Assembly (NCBI GenBank): GCA_001642005.1 | Contig: LWCA01000055.1 | Coordinates: 1-64,000 of the forward strand | Direction of reading: 5' to 3' | Source of the DNA: Intoshia linei | Taxonomy: Eukaryota; Animalia; Orthonectida | DNA: 64,000 nucleotides | Shown here: positions 63,701 to 64,000 of the stretch, one piece after another | Numbering within the stretch: position 1 is the first letter of the stretch | Layout of the letters: each line of letters begins with the position of its first letter | The notes under the pieces: model-generated | Told to the model about the DNA's origin: nothing | Database searches by the model: none | What the model saw: the letters and a program-made list of their open reading frames with translations, nothing else | Made by a program: the position numbers and the translations under genes

Positions 63701-64000
63701 GCAAAATTTGAAAAAAATAGGTCAAAACATTAAAAATGCGCAATACCAAAGCCATGACAATGTTAAAAAAAGCAAAAAAAAATTTAAAACAGATTACGTA
63801 CTTTTGAAAAAATGGCAATATCAACAATCATTAAAAAAATTCTACATGATGAGTCAAAATTTAAATGAACTTGTACCACCATACGTGCAATATCAGCCTG
63901 TTCCGTATATTCCTAATAATGATCAAGTTCCTCCACAAAGCACTATACAATCTTTTCCAAACAATTTTTACAATCATCCAATTTATCCAATTAATCGAGT
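57759..64000 (+). CDS. Large low-complexity orphan protein (K/E coiled coil, CxxC..CxxC, GG repeats); 3'-partial
   Basis: Exons 57759-57825, 57870-58370, 58881-59754 and 61268->64000 are phase-consistent; the last exon is open for ~910 codons to the window edge, which is why it is missing from the ORF track. Confidence 0.8.
60001..61161. mobile_element. hAT MITE carrying a nested Helitron
   Basis: CAGTGGTTTC / GAAACTACTG; TSD GTCTACAT/GTCTAGAT. Confidence 0.8.
60413..61080 (-). mobile_element. Non-autonomous Helitron
   Basis: A|TC at 61080, microsatellite, hairpin then CTAG|T at 60413. Confidence 0.85.

Overview
Very AT-rich eukaryotic (invertebrate animal-type) genomic DNA with many short GT-AG introns and dense DNA-transposon debris. 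The compact introns and divergent proteins suggest a fast-evolving, probably parasitic invertebrate (an orthonectid such as Intoshia is a guess, not established). The ORF track hides most genes, so exons were spliced by hand. Four conserved genes are recognisable: CFAP300/C11orf70 (+, 25008-31207), neuroguidin NGDN (+, ~32295-33649), a basonuclin/disconnected C2H2 factor (-, 34320-~38047) and DPM1 (-, 40301-47020). Highlights: (1) a cluster of three related secreted precursor genes at 0.5-19 kb; the intact member has a signal peptide, an acidic propiece, a tandemly repeated cationic amphipathic (antimicrobial-peptide-like) block and an acidic Cys-containing domain, and a paralogue with matching exon sizes carries premature stops; (2) a decayed ~1.25 kb ORF in DPM1 intron 1 that resembles a totivirus (L-A-type) capsid, a candidate endogenous viral element lying antisense to DPM1 together with several transposase remnants; (3) a decaying gene with a degenerate extended-Tudor domain, possibly head-to-head with DPM1; (4) a large low-complexity orphan gene running off the right end. 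Mobile elements include a non-autonomous Helitron family, Tc1, rosa-type mariner, pogo, hATm, other hAT and piggyBac MITEs, often nested, and two foldback palindromes. No rRNA, intact tRNA or CRISPR array was seen. All protein similarities are recognised from memory; no search was run.
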